From the NCBI GenBank assembly GCA_902622655.1, contig CACNQY010000002.1:11285-75284 (forward strand): a DNA stretch of 64,000 nucleotides, given 5' to 3'. The position numbers were made by a program, and so were the translations under genes. Source of the stretch: an uncultured Pelagibacteraceae bacterium (GTDB lineage: Bacteria > Pseudomonadota > Alphaproteobacteria > Pelagibacterales > Pelagibacteraceae). Below are positions 10,340 through 20,856 of this stretch, one piece after another. The notes under the pieces are model-generated. The model made no database searches, had not been told where the DNA came from, and was given only the letters and a program-made list of their open reading frames with translations. How positions within the stretch are numbered: the stretch's first letter is position 1; each line of letters starts with the position of its first letter.

Positions 10340-11400
10340 ATCAAACTTTCTAAATCTTTGCTAAAAGGTAACAGTCTTGCCTCATCAAAATCTTTTAAAT
10401 TATTCTGTTCAATAATTTTTTGTAAAACCTCTATGTATTGACTCCCTGTTTCAGCATATTTATCTAAATGTTTAGATAAAACTAAACTATCTAATGGTTT
10501 ATTTTGATTTCTAAGTTCTGTTCTCGCTTTTCTCAAGTTTCTATAAGTTGAGTGAGTATTTAAATTTCTTAAGTAAGCTCTTACAGACAGCTGCAAGCTA
10601 TGGAATTTCATAACTTTATGATCTTTGCCCTCATCGGCATATTTAGGTTTTAATCCTTCTCCAGACCATGTCCATTGTCCAAATAAAGCATTTCCTTTTA
10701 AAGCAAATCTTGAAGTGCCCCAACCGGTTTCTTTAGCAGCTTGCGCTATGGATAATGAAACTGGTATTTCATCCATTCTTACTTTTAAAGTGGATAAATC
10801 ATTTTTTCTTACACCATATTGTTTATATTTTTTTTCTAACCATTTTTTTTCAATATCAGTATTGCTATTCTTATTTAAAATTGTGAATAATCTTTTTCTA
10901 TCTACTCTAATTTTATTATTTTCTTTAACTATTAAAGGAAGAATAATTTTTATAAACATATCTTTTCTTTTTTTTGTGCTTCCAATTTTTTTAATTTCAT
11001 TTGGTAGAAGACCAATATCTATTGGTTTTACTAATTTTGTATCTCTTACATCTCTTAGATTATAATTTAAATCTTTAAACAATGAGTCAATCTCAGATGT
11101 TGTATATCTAACTAGATTGATTTCAGAATTATTTTCCTCTAGGATATCATATAACAAATCTCTCTCATCAATATCTGCCACAGAATCTTCTTCTATTAAA
11201 TCATCCTTGTTTAGTGTTCTAATTAAAATATTTTTTGAATTATTTGTAAATTCTTTGTTGTTAAAACTTTTATTGGTAAAGCTAATAACTACGGGCGCCA
11301 CATAAAAGAAAGAGATTACAATAAAAGAGCTTAATAAAAAACGTGAAACTATATTGAAGCTTTTATTTTTCAAAAAAACTGATTTTTTCAATTTACTCAT
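10336..11400 (-). CDS. Glucosaminidase-domain (GH73, Bax-like) membrane-anchored protein
   Basis: AQAAKETGWGTSRFA..GNALFGQW and YLRNLNTH motifs; N-terminal transmembrane segment. Confidence 0.85.
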   Translation of the reverse strand: MSKLKKSVFLKNKSFNIVSRFLLSSFIVISFFYVAPVVISFTNKSFNNKEFTNNSKNILIRTLNKDDLIEEDSVADIDERDLLYDILEENNSEINLVRYTTSEIDSLFKDLNYNLRDVRDTKLVKPIDIGLLPNEIKKIGSTKKRKDMFIKIILPLIVKENNKIRVDRKRLFTILNKNSNTDIEKKWLEKKYKQYGVRKNDLSTLKVRMDEIPVSLSIAQAAKETGWGTSRFALKGNALFGQWTWSGEGLKPKYADEGKDHKVMKFHSLQLSVRAYLRNLNTHSTYRNLRKARTELRNQNKPLDSLVLSKHLDKYAETGSQYIEVLQKIIEQNNLKDFDEARLLPFSKDLESLI

Positions 11401-11406
11401 AAATTT

Positions 11407-11949
11407 CTATTGTATAGCAACAACCTCTTTTACCTCTGGTAAATAATGGCATAAAAGATTTTGAACACCCTGTTTTAAAGTCATAGTTGAACTGGGACAA
11501 CCAGAACAACTTCCTTGAAGTTGAACCTTTACGACTCCATCTTTAAATTCCTTAAATTTTATATCACCCCCGTCTCTAGCAACAGCAGGTCTTATTTTTT
11601 GTTCCAAAATTTTAACTATTTTTTTCTCAATTTCATTTAAATCTGAAACATCGTTTTTTATATTTTCGTCAATTACGAAATCTTTACCATCTGCATAAAA
11701 ATCATTGATTAAAGAAATTACTATATGTTTTATTTCATCCCACTTAATCTTCTCGTTTTTATTTACTGAAATAAAATCTTTCCCTAAGAAAATACCCTCA
11801 ACACCATTAATCGATAGTATATTTTTTACTAATTCATTTTGAAAATCATCTTTATTATTTATCTCATAGGGACCACTGTTCGAAACTTTCTTCCCAGGAA
11901 GAAATTTTAAAGAATTTGGATTTGGTGTTACTTCTGTTTGAACGAACAT
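11407..11949 (-). CDS. NifU/NfuA-family Fe-S scaffold
   Basis: TPNPNSLKF N-domain; RPAVARDGGD and GSCSGCPSS motifs. Confidence 0.93.
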   Translation of the reverse strand: MFVQTEVTPNPNSLKFLPGKKVSNSGPYEINNKDDFQNELVKNILSINGVEGIFLGKDFISVNKNEKIKWDEIKHIVISLINDFYADGKDFVIDENIKNDVSDLNEIEKKIVKILEQKIRPAVARDGGDIKFKEFKDGVVKVQLQGSCSGCPSSTMTLKQGVQNLLCHYLPEVKEVVAIQ

Positions 11950-12001
11950 AAATTATATATAGTTAATATTTTAAAAATTAAAACTTGATAATTAATTTTT
12001 A

Positions 12002-13003
12002 TCAAAAACCCACTATTTCTTTAATTCTTTCAATCTTTTTAGATGCAATCAAATTAGCTTTTTCAACTCCATCTAGAAGAATTTTATCTAAGTAACTTTT
12101 ATCTCCTAGAAGTTTTTTTATTTCTTTTGAAATAGGTTCAATTTTATTAACAAGTTCTTTGGCTAATTGTTCTTTAAATTCTGAAAAATTTTTGCCTGAG
12201 AAATTTTTTACTGACTGTTGTAATGTAGAATCAGTTAAGCTTGAATAAATTCCTAAAAGATTCTTTGCTTCCAATCTTTTATCAAGTTCCTTTATATCTT
12301 GTGGCATAGGCAAAGGATCCGTTTTTGCTTTTTTGATTTTATTTATTATTTGATCTTTATCATCTGTTAAATTTATTCGACTTAAATCTGATAATTCTGA
12401 TTTACTCATTTTTTTTGAACCATCTTTTAAACTCATTATTCTTGAAAACTCTTTTTGAATTAAAGGTTCTGGAACCTGAAGAAAATTTTCTACTTCAAAA
12501 TCATTATTAAATTTTTGAGCTATATCTCTACACAATTCCAAATGTTGTTTTTGATCATCACCTACAGGAACATGAGTGGCATCGTATAAAAGAATATCAG
12601 CTGCCATTAGAACTGGATAAGAATATAGACCAATGCTTGCTTTTTCTTTGTCTTTACCTGCTTTCTCCTTAAATTGTGTCATCCGATTTAACCAACCCAT
12701 TCTAGCAACACAGCTTAATATCCATGCTCCTTCTGCATGAGCAGTAACTCTAGATTGATTAAAAATTATACTTTTTTTTGGATCTATTCCACTTGCTATA
12801 AAAGTTGCGACAGTTTCTCTGATATTGTTTTTTAATTCTTTGGGATCTTGCTTAACTGTAATAGCATGTAAATCAACTACACAAAAAATACATTGATTAT
12901 CTTTATCATTGTTTAAATCTACGAAATTCTTTATAGCTCCTAAGTAATTACCTAAATGGAGGTTACCAGTAGGCTGTACGCCAGAAAATATCTTTTTACT
13001 CAT
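12002..13003 (-). CDS. trpS: Tryptophanyl-tRNA synthetase
   Basis: [25 protein letters not shown] and KMSKS motifs. Confidence 0.98.
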   Translation of the reverse strand: MSKKIFSGVQPTGNLHLGNYLGAIKNFVDLNNDKDNQCIFCVVDLHAITVKQDPKELKNNIRETVATFIASGIDPKKSIIFNQSRVTAHAEGAWILSCVARMGWLNRMTQFKEKAGKDKEKASIGLYSYPVLMAADILLYDATHVPVGDDQKQHLELCRDIAQKFNNDFEVENFLQVPEPLIQKEFSRIMSLKDGSKKMSKSELSDLSRINLTDDKDQIINKIKKAKTDPLPMPQDIKELDKRLEAKNLLGIYSSLTDSTLQQSVKNFSGKNFSEFKEQLAKELVNKIEPISKEIKKLLGDKSYLDKILLDGVEKANLIASKKIERIKEIVGF

Positions 13004-13007
13004 AAAT

Positions 13008-14537
13008 TTAATACTTTAATTTAATATCATTCATTTGAAAAGCTTTGATGAAATAACAAACAATTAAATAAAACAATAATCCCAATATAACAGATAAAAC
13101 TAGATAAAAAGATTTAATTGATTGATTAAATGCTAATTCGTTTTGAAAAAAATTTAGCAAATAATAAAAAAATAAGCCCATCAAAATTGATGCAAAAATT
13201 ATTTTAATAAATTTAATAAAAAAAATTTTATTAAAATAAAATAATTGTCGATTTTTTAAAAATAAAAATAACAATACTGAATTAAACCAAGATGAAATAG
13301 ATGTAGCTATTGGAATTATTATAAAACCAATTTCACTAAAATAATAAACGCTAATAAAGATATTGAGTGATACTGAAACCAAAGAAATAAAAAATGGAGT
13401 TTTAGTGTCATAATTTGCAAAGAAAAAACTTGAAAAAACCTTTATCAAAGCAAAAGCAGGTAGTCCTAGTGCAAAATAATATAACGCTAAACTTGAGTTG
13501 CTTACTGAATTTTCATTAAAAGATCCATAACCAAATAAAGCTGAAATAATTTGTTCTGATCCAATAATTAATGCAATTGTTGCTGGAAGGCTTAAAAATA
13601 GACTTAATTCCAAAGCTTTATTTTGTATAATTAAGATCTTATTTTTTTTTCTAGATTGAATATGTTTTGAGAGCTGTGGAAGTATAACAACGCCAATCGC
13701 AATACCAGCAATAGCTAGGTTAATTTGATAAATTCTATCTGCATAATATAAATAAGAAACTGCACTTGCTTGAAATGACGCAATTATTGTTCCAATTAAG
13801 ATATTTATTTGAGTTACTCCAGAGGAAAATATGCTTGGTAAAAGTTTTTTAAAAAAAAACTTAACTTTGTTACTTACTTTTAATTTAAAAGTGAATTTAA
13901 GCGAATAATATTTTGATACATATTTATATAAAAAAATTAACTGTAAAAAACCAGCAAAAGAAACACCATAAGACAAATAATAGACTAATTGATCACCTAA
14001 AAATTTAGAAAAAATCAATACTAAAATTAAAACAATATTTAGAATTATTGGAGCTGCGGCTGCTACTGCAAACTTATTATGTGAATTTAGAATTGCAGAA
14101 AAAAAAGAGGCTAAACAAATAAAAAATAAAAAAGGAAAAGTAATTCTTGTTAAATTTATAGCTACCTCCATTTTTTCTAAATCACCTATAAATCCTGGAG
14201 CAATAATTGAAACAAATGCAGGCATGAAAATTTCAATTATTATTGTTAAAAATAACAACCCTAAGAAAAGGAGATTAAAAATATCGTTAGCAAATTTGTT
14301 TGATTGTTTTTTTCCCTTAGTAATTTCAGATGAATAGCTGGGAACAAATGCTGCATTAAAAGTGCCTTCAGCAAATAATCTTCTAAAAGTGTTTGGAATT
14401 CTAAATGCTACAAAAAAAGCATCAGCTAAAACTCCTGTACCAAGAAAAATTGCTATTAAAATGTCTCTTAAATAACCAAGCAATCTGCTAATGATAGTAT
14501 AAAAACCAAATGTCCCTGTTGACTTAAGTAAGTTCAT
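13008..14537 (-). CDS. murJ: Lipid II flippase MurJ (MviN)
   Basis: [29 protein letters not shown] and LYYADR motifs; polytopic membrane protein. Confidence 0.96.
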   Translation of the reverse strand: MNLLKSTGTFGFYTIISRLLGYLRDILIAIFLGTGVLADAFFVAFRIPNTFRRLFAEGTFNAAFVPSYSSEITKGKKQSNKFANDIFNLLFLGLLFLTIIIEIFMPAFVSIIAPGFIGDLEKMEVAINLTRITFPFLFFICLASFFSAILNSHNKFAVAAAAPIILNIVLILVLIFSKFLGDQLVYYLSYGVSFAGFLQLIFLYKYVSKYYSLKFTFKLKVSNKVKFFFKKLLPSIFSSGVTQINILIGTIIASFQASAVSYLYYADRIYQINLAIAGIAIGVVILPQLSKHIQSRKKNKILIIQNKALELSLFLSLPATIALIIGSEQIISALFGYGSFNENSVSNSSLALYYFALGLPAFALIKVFSSFFFANYDTKTPFFISLVSVSLNIFISVYYFSEIGFIIIPIATSISSWFNSVLLFLFLKNRQLFYFNKIFFIKFIKIIFASILMGLFFYYLLNFFQNELAFNQSIKSFYLVLSVILGLLFYLIVCYFIKAFQMNDIKLKY

Positions 14538-14589
14538 AAATCATATTAGTCTTAATTTTACCCTAATTGTACACTTATTGTTATCAGAA

Positions 14590-16875
14590 ATGAAAAAAAC
14601 AAAAATTGATCATTACACAGATAAAGAAGCTTTAGATTTTCACAAAGATAAAAAACCTGGCAAGATTGAGATTATTTCTTCAAAAAATATGACAACTAAG
14701 AGAGATCTCGCCTTAGCATACTCTCCAGGAGTTGCTGCTCCAGTAAAAAAAATAAGCGAAAATCCTGAAGCAGCATATGATTATACAAGTAAAGGAAATC
14801 TAGTTGCTGTAATTAGTAATGGTTCAGCGATATTGGGAATGGGTAATTTGGGTGCTCTTGCATCAAAACCTGTGATGGAGGGAAAGGCTGTATTATTTAA
14901 AAGATTTGCAGACATCGACTCCATTGACTTAGAAATAGATTGTAAAAATGCCCATGAAATAATTAATTCTATAAAAAATTTTGCACCAAGCTTTGGTGGA
15001 ATAAATTTAGAAGACATAGCAGCTCCAGATTGTTTCATAATAGAAAAAAAATTAAAAGAAATTTTGGATATTCCAGTTTTCCATGATGATCAACATGGAA
15101 CAGCAATTATAACAACTGCTGCATTAATTAATGCTTTAGATATCTCCGGTAAATCAATAAAAAAAATTAAAGTTGTAGTCAATGGCGCTGGTGCATCAGC
15201 TCAAGCATGTAGTGAATTATTTAAAAAATCAGGTGTAAAATCTCAAAATATAATCATGCTAGATAGAAAAGGTGTAATCTATGAAGGAAGGACTGACGGA
15301 ATTGATAAATGGAAATCTCGACATTCAGTTAAAACTAAACATAGAAATTTAAAAGATGCTTTAAAGGGTGCAGATGTTTTTTTAGGATTATCTGCAAAAG
15401 GTATTTTAAAAAAAGAAATGGTTAAATCAATGGCAAAAAATCCAATTATATTTGCTTGTGCAAACCCAGATCCTGAAATCACTCCAGAAGAAATTAATGA
15501 GGTCAGAAATGATGCAATTATAGCAACTGGAAGATCAGATTACCCTAATCAAGTAAATAATTTAATAGGATTTCCTTATATTTTTAGAGGCGCTTTAGAT
15601 GTTAGATCTAAAACGATAAATGAAGAAATGAAAGTTGCAGCGGCTAATGCAATAGCTAAGCTTGCGAGAGAAGATGTACCCGATGAAGTTGTTGCTGCCA
15701 TGGGTGGTGAAAGACCCCACTATGGAAAAGATTATATTATTCCATCTACCTTCGACCCAAGATTAATCAGTGTAATACCTGCAGCTGTAGCAAAAGCGGC
15801 TATAGATAGTGGAGTTGCTCGAAAATTTATTAATAATTTTGAGGTTTACAAAGATCAGCTAAAACAAAGACTAGATCCAACTGTAACTATTATGCAAGGT
15901 ATAAATTCATTTATTAAAAAAAACCAAAAAAAAATTGTATTTGCAGATGGTGAAGATGAAAATACTTTAAAAGCAGCAATAGCATTTAAAAATTCTAAAT
16001 TAGGAATTCCAATTTTAATTGGTAAAGAAAATAAAATTAAAGAACAAATAAAAAATATCGGTTACAGTGAAAATTTTGATATTGAAATTGTTAATTCAAA
16101 AGATGAAACTAAAAGAAAAAGATATGTAAAACATTTGTTTGAAAAATTGCAAAGAGAGCAAGGATTATTAGAGCGAGATTGCGACCGAATGATTAGAAAT
16201 GATAGAGTAGTCTGGGCAACAAGTATGGTTGCATGTGGTGATGCCGATGGAGCTGTAACTGGTAACACTAGACGCTTTGGAGCTTCGTTAGAGAAAATTA
16301 AACAAGTTGTAGACGTAAGAAAAGGAGAAATAATGTTCGGATTAAATATGATAGTCCATAAAGGAAGAACTATTTTTATTGGTGATACGAGTGTTCATGA
16401 ATACCCCACATCTGAACAAATGGCAGAAATAGCGATATCCACAGCAAGAGTAGTTAGACTTTTTGGATTTGATCCTAAAGTTGCTTTTGTATCACATTCT
16501 ACATTTGGACAACCTATTACAAGTAGAACAAAACATATTCGAAATGCAGTTGAAATATTAAAAGAAAAAAAAGTTGATTTTGAATTTGATGGAGATATGC
16601 AACCAGATGTTGCTTTGAATGCAGAATACGATGAGCTTTATCCCTTTTCAAAAATTGTAGGTAAGGCAAATATTTTAATAATGCCTGGACAGCATAGTGC
16701 CGCTATATCTTATAAATTAATGAAAACAATTGGAGATACAAAAGTTATTGGGCCATTATTAGTCGGTTTAGGTCTTCCAATTGAAATAGCTCCCTTAAGG
16801 TCTTCAACATCTGAAATTCTTAATCTTGCATCTATTGCAGCTTATTCTGCTGATGTTATTAACTATAAAAATTAA
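14590..16875 (+). CDS. maeB: NADP-dependent malic enzyme with C-terminal phosphotransacetylase-like domain
   Basis: LALAYSPGVA, VMEGKAVLFKRFA, HDDQHGTA, TGRSDYPNQVNN and FDGDMQPDVAL motifs; start set at ATG 14590. Confidence 0.95.
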   Translation: MKKTKIDHYTDKEALDFHKDKKPGKIEIISSKNMTTKRDLALAYSPGVAAPVKKISENPEAAYDYTSKGNLVAVISNGSAILGMGNLGALASKPVMEGKAVLFKRFADIDSIDLEIDCKNAHEIINSIKNFAPSFGGINLEDIAAPDCFIIEKKLKEILDIPVFHDDQHGTAIITTAALINALDISGKSIKKIKVVVNGAGASAQACSELFKKSGVKSQNIIMLDRKGVIYEGRTDGIDKWKSRHSVKTKHRNLKDALKGADVFLGLSAKGILKKEMVKSMAKNPIIFACANPDPEITPEEINEVRNDAIIATGRSDYPNQVNNLIGFPYIFRGALDVRSKTINEEMKVAAANAIAKLAREDVPDEVVAAMGGERPHYGKDYIIPSTFDPRLISVIPAAVAKAAIDSGVARKFINNFEVYKDQLKQRLDPTVTIMQGINSFIKKNQKKIVFADGEDENTLKAAIAFKNSKLGIPILIGKENKIKEQIKNIGYSENFDIEIVNSKDETKRKRYVKHLFEKLQREQGLLERDCDRMIRNDRVVWATSMVACGDADGAVTGNTRRFGASLEKIKQVVDVRKGEIMFGLNMIVHKGRTIFIGDTSVHEYPTSEQMAEIAISTARVVRLFGFDPKVAFVSHSTFGQPITSRTKHIRNAVEILKEKKVDFEFDGDMQPDVALNAEYDELYPFSKIVGKANILIMPGQHSAAISYKLMKTIGDTKVIGPLLVGLGLPIEIAPLRSSTSEILNLASIAAYSADVINYKN

Positions 16876-17469
16876 TTATTCTCTTTGAATTCTTAAGTCC
16901 TCAACTAAGATTATGCTCGCAATTACATCTTTTACATCAAGTATCTCTGTAGCTTCACTAATTACTAAATCTTTTTCTTCAGAAGTTAATGCAATACCAT
17001 AAATATAAATTTTATTTTTGTAAGTATCAATTTGATAATTAGTTGCTTTTATGTTTTTATTAACAATTAAGGAGGTCCTTAATTGAGATGTAATCAATAT
17101 ATCTTTTGCTGATTGTTTTAAATTAAATTGTTCTTTAATTTTTATATCATTCCTTACAGATCGAGCACCTTTCGTCTCCCATGCTAACTTGGTAATAATT
17201 AATTTTTCCTCAGGTCTGTCAACTTTTCCAGTAATAAAAATTCTTCCGTCTAAGACTTTTGTTTTAACTGAAATTAAATATTTTTTATCTTTTGCTAAAA
17301 TTTTTGCACTAATAGTTTTTTGCATAATTGAATCATCAATTTGAGTACCAACTGTTCTAGGATCAAGAGCAACTGAAACACCTGTTCCAAAAAGACCTTT
17401 AGAACTTACTCCAGCACAACTAGTCAAAATAAAACTTAATAAAATAATTAATAAAAATCTATTTCGCAT
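16876..17469 (-). CDS. BON-domain lipoprotein (DolP/YraP-like)
   Basis: Lipobox LTSC; DPRTVGTQIDD; two BON-like repeats; next to rsmI. Confidence 0.88.
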   Translation of the reverse strand: MRNRFLLIILLSFILTSCAGVSSKGLFGTGVSVALDPRTVGTQIDDSIMQKTISAKILAKDKKYLISVKTKVLDGRIFITGKVDRPEEKLIITKLAWETKGARSVRNDIKIKEQFNLKQSAKDILITSQLRTSLIVNKNIKATNYQIDTYKNKIYIYGIALTSEEKDLVISEATEILDVKDVIASIILVEDLRIQRE

Positions 17470-18322
17470 TCTTCAATTTTAGACAATAACTGTATATTTC
17501 TTTCTTGGGGAGATCATTAATTTGACTCAATATGTCAGTGATTTCCTTAGTAGATAGTTTATTAATCATTTTTTTTATTATATTCATATCTGATTCACTT
17601 AATTTTTGTGAGATTTTTTTACCTATTTTCTTTTCAGAAATAACAACAGTGATCTCACCTTTTGGTTCTTTTTCAAATATTTCTAATTCATCCACATTTT
17701 TTCTAATAAATTCCTCATATATCTTTGTAATTTCCCTACAAAATACTATCTTTCTGCCACTAAAATTTTTCTTAATTTCAGGAATAATTTTATTAACTTT
17801 TTTTGGTGAAACAAAGAAAACTAAAGTATTTTCTAATTCTGAAAGTTTCTTTAATTCCTTTTCTAGCTGCTGTTTTTTCTCTGGAAAAAAACCATAAAAT
17901 AAAAATTTATCTGAAAATCCACTTATGGATACTGCAGTCAAAACAGCTGATGGTCCAGGAATAGGAAAAATTTTAACACCATTATCAATACACTCGTTAA
18001 CCAATACCGAACCTGGATCAGAAATATTAGGAGTACCTGCATCAGATATTAAGGAGATTATTTTTCCAGATTTGAGATGATTAATAATCTCAATTACATT
18101 TTTTTTCTCGTTAAATTTATGATTTGGTATTAGTTTTGATTTTATTTGATATTTATTTAAAAGATTTTTTGATACACGAGTATCTTCACATAAAATATAT
18201 TCAGACTTATTTAAAACCTCAATTGCTCTTAAAGTTATATCTTTTAGATTTCCTAAAGGAGTTGACACTAAATAAAGACCATTTTCGTATTCTTTTAATT
18301 TAAATTGTGGTTTTATGATCAT
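17459..18322 (-). CDS. rsmI: 16S rRNA C1402 2'-O-methyltransferase
   Basis: LYLVSTPLGNLKDITLRA, CEDTR, SDAGTPNISDPG and REITKIYEE motifs. Confidence 0.95.
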   Translation of the reverse strand: MIIKPQFKLKEYENGLYLVSTPLGNLKDITLRAIEVLNKSEYILCEDTRVSKNLLNKYQIKSKLIPNHKFNEKKNVIEIINHLKSGKIISLISDAGTPNISDPGSVLVNECIDNGVKIFPIPGPSAVLTAVSISGFSDKFLFYGFFPEKKQQLEKELKKLSELENTLVFFVSPKKVNKIIPEIKKNFSGRKIVFCREITKIYEEFIRKNVDELEIFEKEPKGEITVVISEKKIGKKISQKLSESDMNIIKKMINKLSTKEITDILSQINDLPKKEIYSYCLKLKNAK

Positions 18323-18356
18323 AATTTAGCTAAAAAAATATTATAATATAATTAAA

Positions 18357-19511
18357 ATGAATAGTTTAGTTAAAATTATATACCTTATTTTTTTAAGTTT
18401 CATTTTTCTTTTTTTTCAAGCTTCTAGTGCTCAAGAAAAAATCAAAATAGGATTATTAGTACCTATGACTGGAGATAATAAGGAAATTGGAGATTCTATT
18501 ATTAAAGCAGTTGGATTAGCTGTTAAAGACATTGATAATAGATTAATTGAAATCTATCCAAAAGATACCGCAACAAAAGCTAACCAAACTCTAAAATCAG
18601 CATTTGAGCTGAGTGAAATGGGAATAAAAATTGTTATAGGCCCTGTGTTCTATGAAAGTTTGACTTATTTAGATGAAATGAAAGATTTAACATTTTTATC
18701 TTTAACCAATAAAACTTTAGATCTCCCAAAAAATGTGATTTCTGCTGGAATTAATTCTACATCTCAATTTAATACGATAAAAAAATTTTTAGAAAATACG
18801 CAAGTAAAGAGAACTATTTTTTTAACACCAATTCAAGATTATGAATTCGAAGTTAAAAGAGGAATGAAGAATTCAAAGATAAAAATTTTTAGAGATTATG
18901 AATATAATACAGAGCCTACAAAACTAACAAAACAAATAGAAGACATTACAAATTATAAAATTAGAAAGCAAAATTTAGAGGATGAAATAAAAAGAATAAA
19001 AAATTCGAATGAACCAAACAAAGAAAGAAAGATAAAAAGACTTGAAAAAAAATATACTTTAGGCGGTTTAAATTTTGACGCCGTCGTAATTGCAGATTTT
19101 GATGAAAGTCTTAAAAGCGTATCTACTTCGCTTTTATATACCGACGTGCTTCCTAAAAAAAAATATTTTATAACTTTAAATCAATGGTTTGATGAAAGTT
19201 TATTGAACGAAACTGATATTCAGCCATTATATTATCCATCTATTAATAAAGAAAATTTTGATAACTACAAAATAAAGTACTTCAACGCATTTAATGAGGA
19301 TCCTACCCATTTATCTTTATTAAGTTATGATCTAGTTGGATTAGTTTATTATTTGACGCTAAACTCAAAAGCAGGAGATTTAAATAAAATTTTTAAAAAA
19401 AAAAACTCATTTAAAGGCAAAATAGGAATTTTTGATATAAAAAATAACAAAATTAATCACCAACTTAACTTTTATAAAATTGAAGATAAAAAACTTATAG
19501 AAATTTTCTAA
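18357..19511 (+). CDS. LpoA/LppC-like periplasmic-binding-fold protein (putative PBP activator)
   Basis: Signal peptide; KIGLLVPMTG and VIGP motifs; divergent from rsmI as in other proteobacteria. Confidence 0.7.
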   Translation: MNSLVKIIYLIFLSFIFLFFQASSAQEKIKIGLLVPMTGDNKEIGDSIIKAVGLAVKDIDNRLIEIYPKDTATKANQTLKSAFELSEMGIKIVIGPVFYESLTYLDEMKDLTFLSLTNKTLDLPKNVISAGINSTSQFNTIKKFLENTQVKRTIFLTPIQDYEFEVKRGMKNSKIKIFRDYEYNTEPTKLTKQIEDITNYKIRKQNLEDEIKRIKNSNEPNKERKIKRLEKKYTLGGLNFDAVVIADFDESLKSVSTSLLYTDVLPKKKYFITLNQWFDESLLNETDIQPLYYPSINKENFDNYKIKYFNAFNEDPTHLSLLSYDLVGLVYYLTLNSKAGDLNKIFKKKNSFKGKIGIFDIKNNKINHQLNFYKIEDKKLIEIF

Positions 19512-20097
19512 TTTTTTTAAAAGCTTGGTGTCTGTGGTCCATTCTATATTTTTGAGATGGCTTCATTTCTCCAAAAGTTTTTCTTTTTTTTAATGGAATG
19601 AAAATCGGATCATAACCAAATCCATTCTTTCCTTTGGGTTTATCTGAAATATAGCCCTCAACTTTTCCTATGACACAAACAATTTTTTTGTTTAAGTATG
19701 AAATAGAAAGCGCGCAAACAAATCTTGCTCTAATTTTTCTGTTTTTCCAATTTTTATCCTTTTTATTTAGCTCTCTATAGACTCTACTTATAGCTTTGCT
19801 AAAATCTCCATGCTTTCCTCCCCACCTGGCGGAATAAATTCCGGGACTCTTATTCAAAAAATCTATTTCCAAACCCGAGTCGTCAGCTAAACATAATAGC
19901 CCAGTTTTTTTTGAGAAATACTTAGATTTGATTAATGAGTTTTCTTTAAACGTCTTACCATTTTCAACAGGGCTTTTAAGATTGTATTCGGATGAGGAGT
20001 GAATTTTGATCTTTTTTGGTAACAAACTCTTAATTTCACTTAATTTACCTTTATTATTAGTCCCGATGAGTAATTTGTTAATTTTTTGTTTAGACAT
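19495..20097 (-). CDS. rdgB: dITP/XTP pyrophosphatase
   Basis: TNNKGK, ADDSGL, PGIYSAR and GFGYDPIF motifs. Confidence 0.95.
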   Translation of the reverse strand: MSKQKINKLLIGTNNKGKLSEIKSLLPKKIKIHSSSEYNLKSPVENGKTFKENSLIKSKYFSKKTGLLCLADDSGLEIDFLNKSPGIYSARWGGKHGDFSKAISRVYRELNKKDKNWKNRKIRARFVCALSISYLNKKIVCVIGKVEGYISDKPKGKNGFGYDPIFIPLKKRKTFGEMKPSQKYRMDHRHQAFKKIRKFL

Positions 20098-20127
20098 CTA
20101 GAAATTATCAAAATTCTTACCATATAT
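20098..20127 (+). promoter_or_regulatory. Putative RpoH (sigma32) promoter of grpE
   Basis: CTAGAA-N16-CCATATAT directly upstream of the grpE ATG. Confidence 0.5.
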
Positions 20128-20133
20128 AAACTC

Positions 20134-20793
20134 ATGGAAAAAGAAGAAAACCAAAATAGCGTTTCTGCAGAGCAAAATCAGGATACAGCAAAAGAAACTG
20201 ATAAACCTGATGAAACCCCAGCTGAAGAAAATAAAGAACAAAGTGAATTAAAAGCTGAAGCTACAGAGGAGATTAAAGAACCAAGTCCAGAAGAGAAGAT
20301 CGCCGAACTAGAAGATAAATTAGCGAGAACTTTTGCTGAAATGGAAAATCAAAGAAGAAGATTTGAAAAAGAAAAAGATGATGCTTTTGAATATGGTGGT
20401 TATAGTTTTGCTAAAGAAGCATTAAATTTGATTGATAACTTAGATCGATCTAAACACGTTTTGGAAAGTGATGATAAGTTAAAAGAGACTGAAGCACTAA
20501 AAAAGACACTTGAGCACTTAGATATAATAAAAAAAGATTTAATTTCAATTTTTGAGAAAAATAATATTAAACCCATTGATAGTCTTAACAAAAAACTAGA
20601 TCCAAACTTTCATCAAGCAATGATGGAAATAGAAGATGATACAAAAGAGCCAGGTACAATAATTCAAGAAATTCAAAAAGGTTTTACTATAAAAGATAGA
20701 CTTCTTAGACCCTCATTAGTAGGAGTATCAAAAAAAGTTACAAAAAAGGGTGAGAAAACTCAAGAAAACCAGGAAAATTTGGAAAATAAATAA
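20134..20793 (+). CDS. grpE: Nucleotide exchange factor GrpE
   Basis: AEMENQRRR, DPNFHQAM and RLLRPSLVGV motifs; start set at ATG 20134. Confidence 0.96.
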   Translation: MEKEENQNSVSAEQNQDTAKETDKPDETPAEENKEQSELKAEATEEIKEPSPEEKIAELEDKLARTFAEMENQRRRFEKEKDDAFEYGGYSFAKEALNLIDNLDRSKHVLESDDKLKETEALKKTLEHLDIIKKDLISIFEKNNIKPIDSLNKKLDPNFHQAMMEIEDDTKEPGTIIQEIQKGFTIKDRLLRPSLVGVSKKVTKKGEKTQENQENLENK

Positions 20794-20805
20794 TTATGAG
20801 GCCAA

Positions 20806-20833
20806 CTTGTAGTTTTACATTTAAACACTATAT
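20806..20833 (+). promoter_or_regulatory. Putative RpoH promoter of dnaK
   Basis: CTTG-N18-CTATAT, resembling the alphaproteobacterial heat-shock consensus. Confidence 0.55.
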
Positions 20834-20856
20834 GACGTGATAGAGACATTGATATT

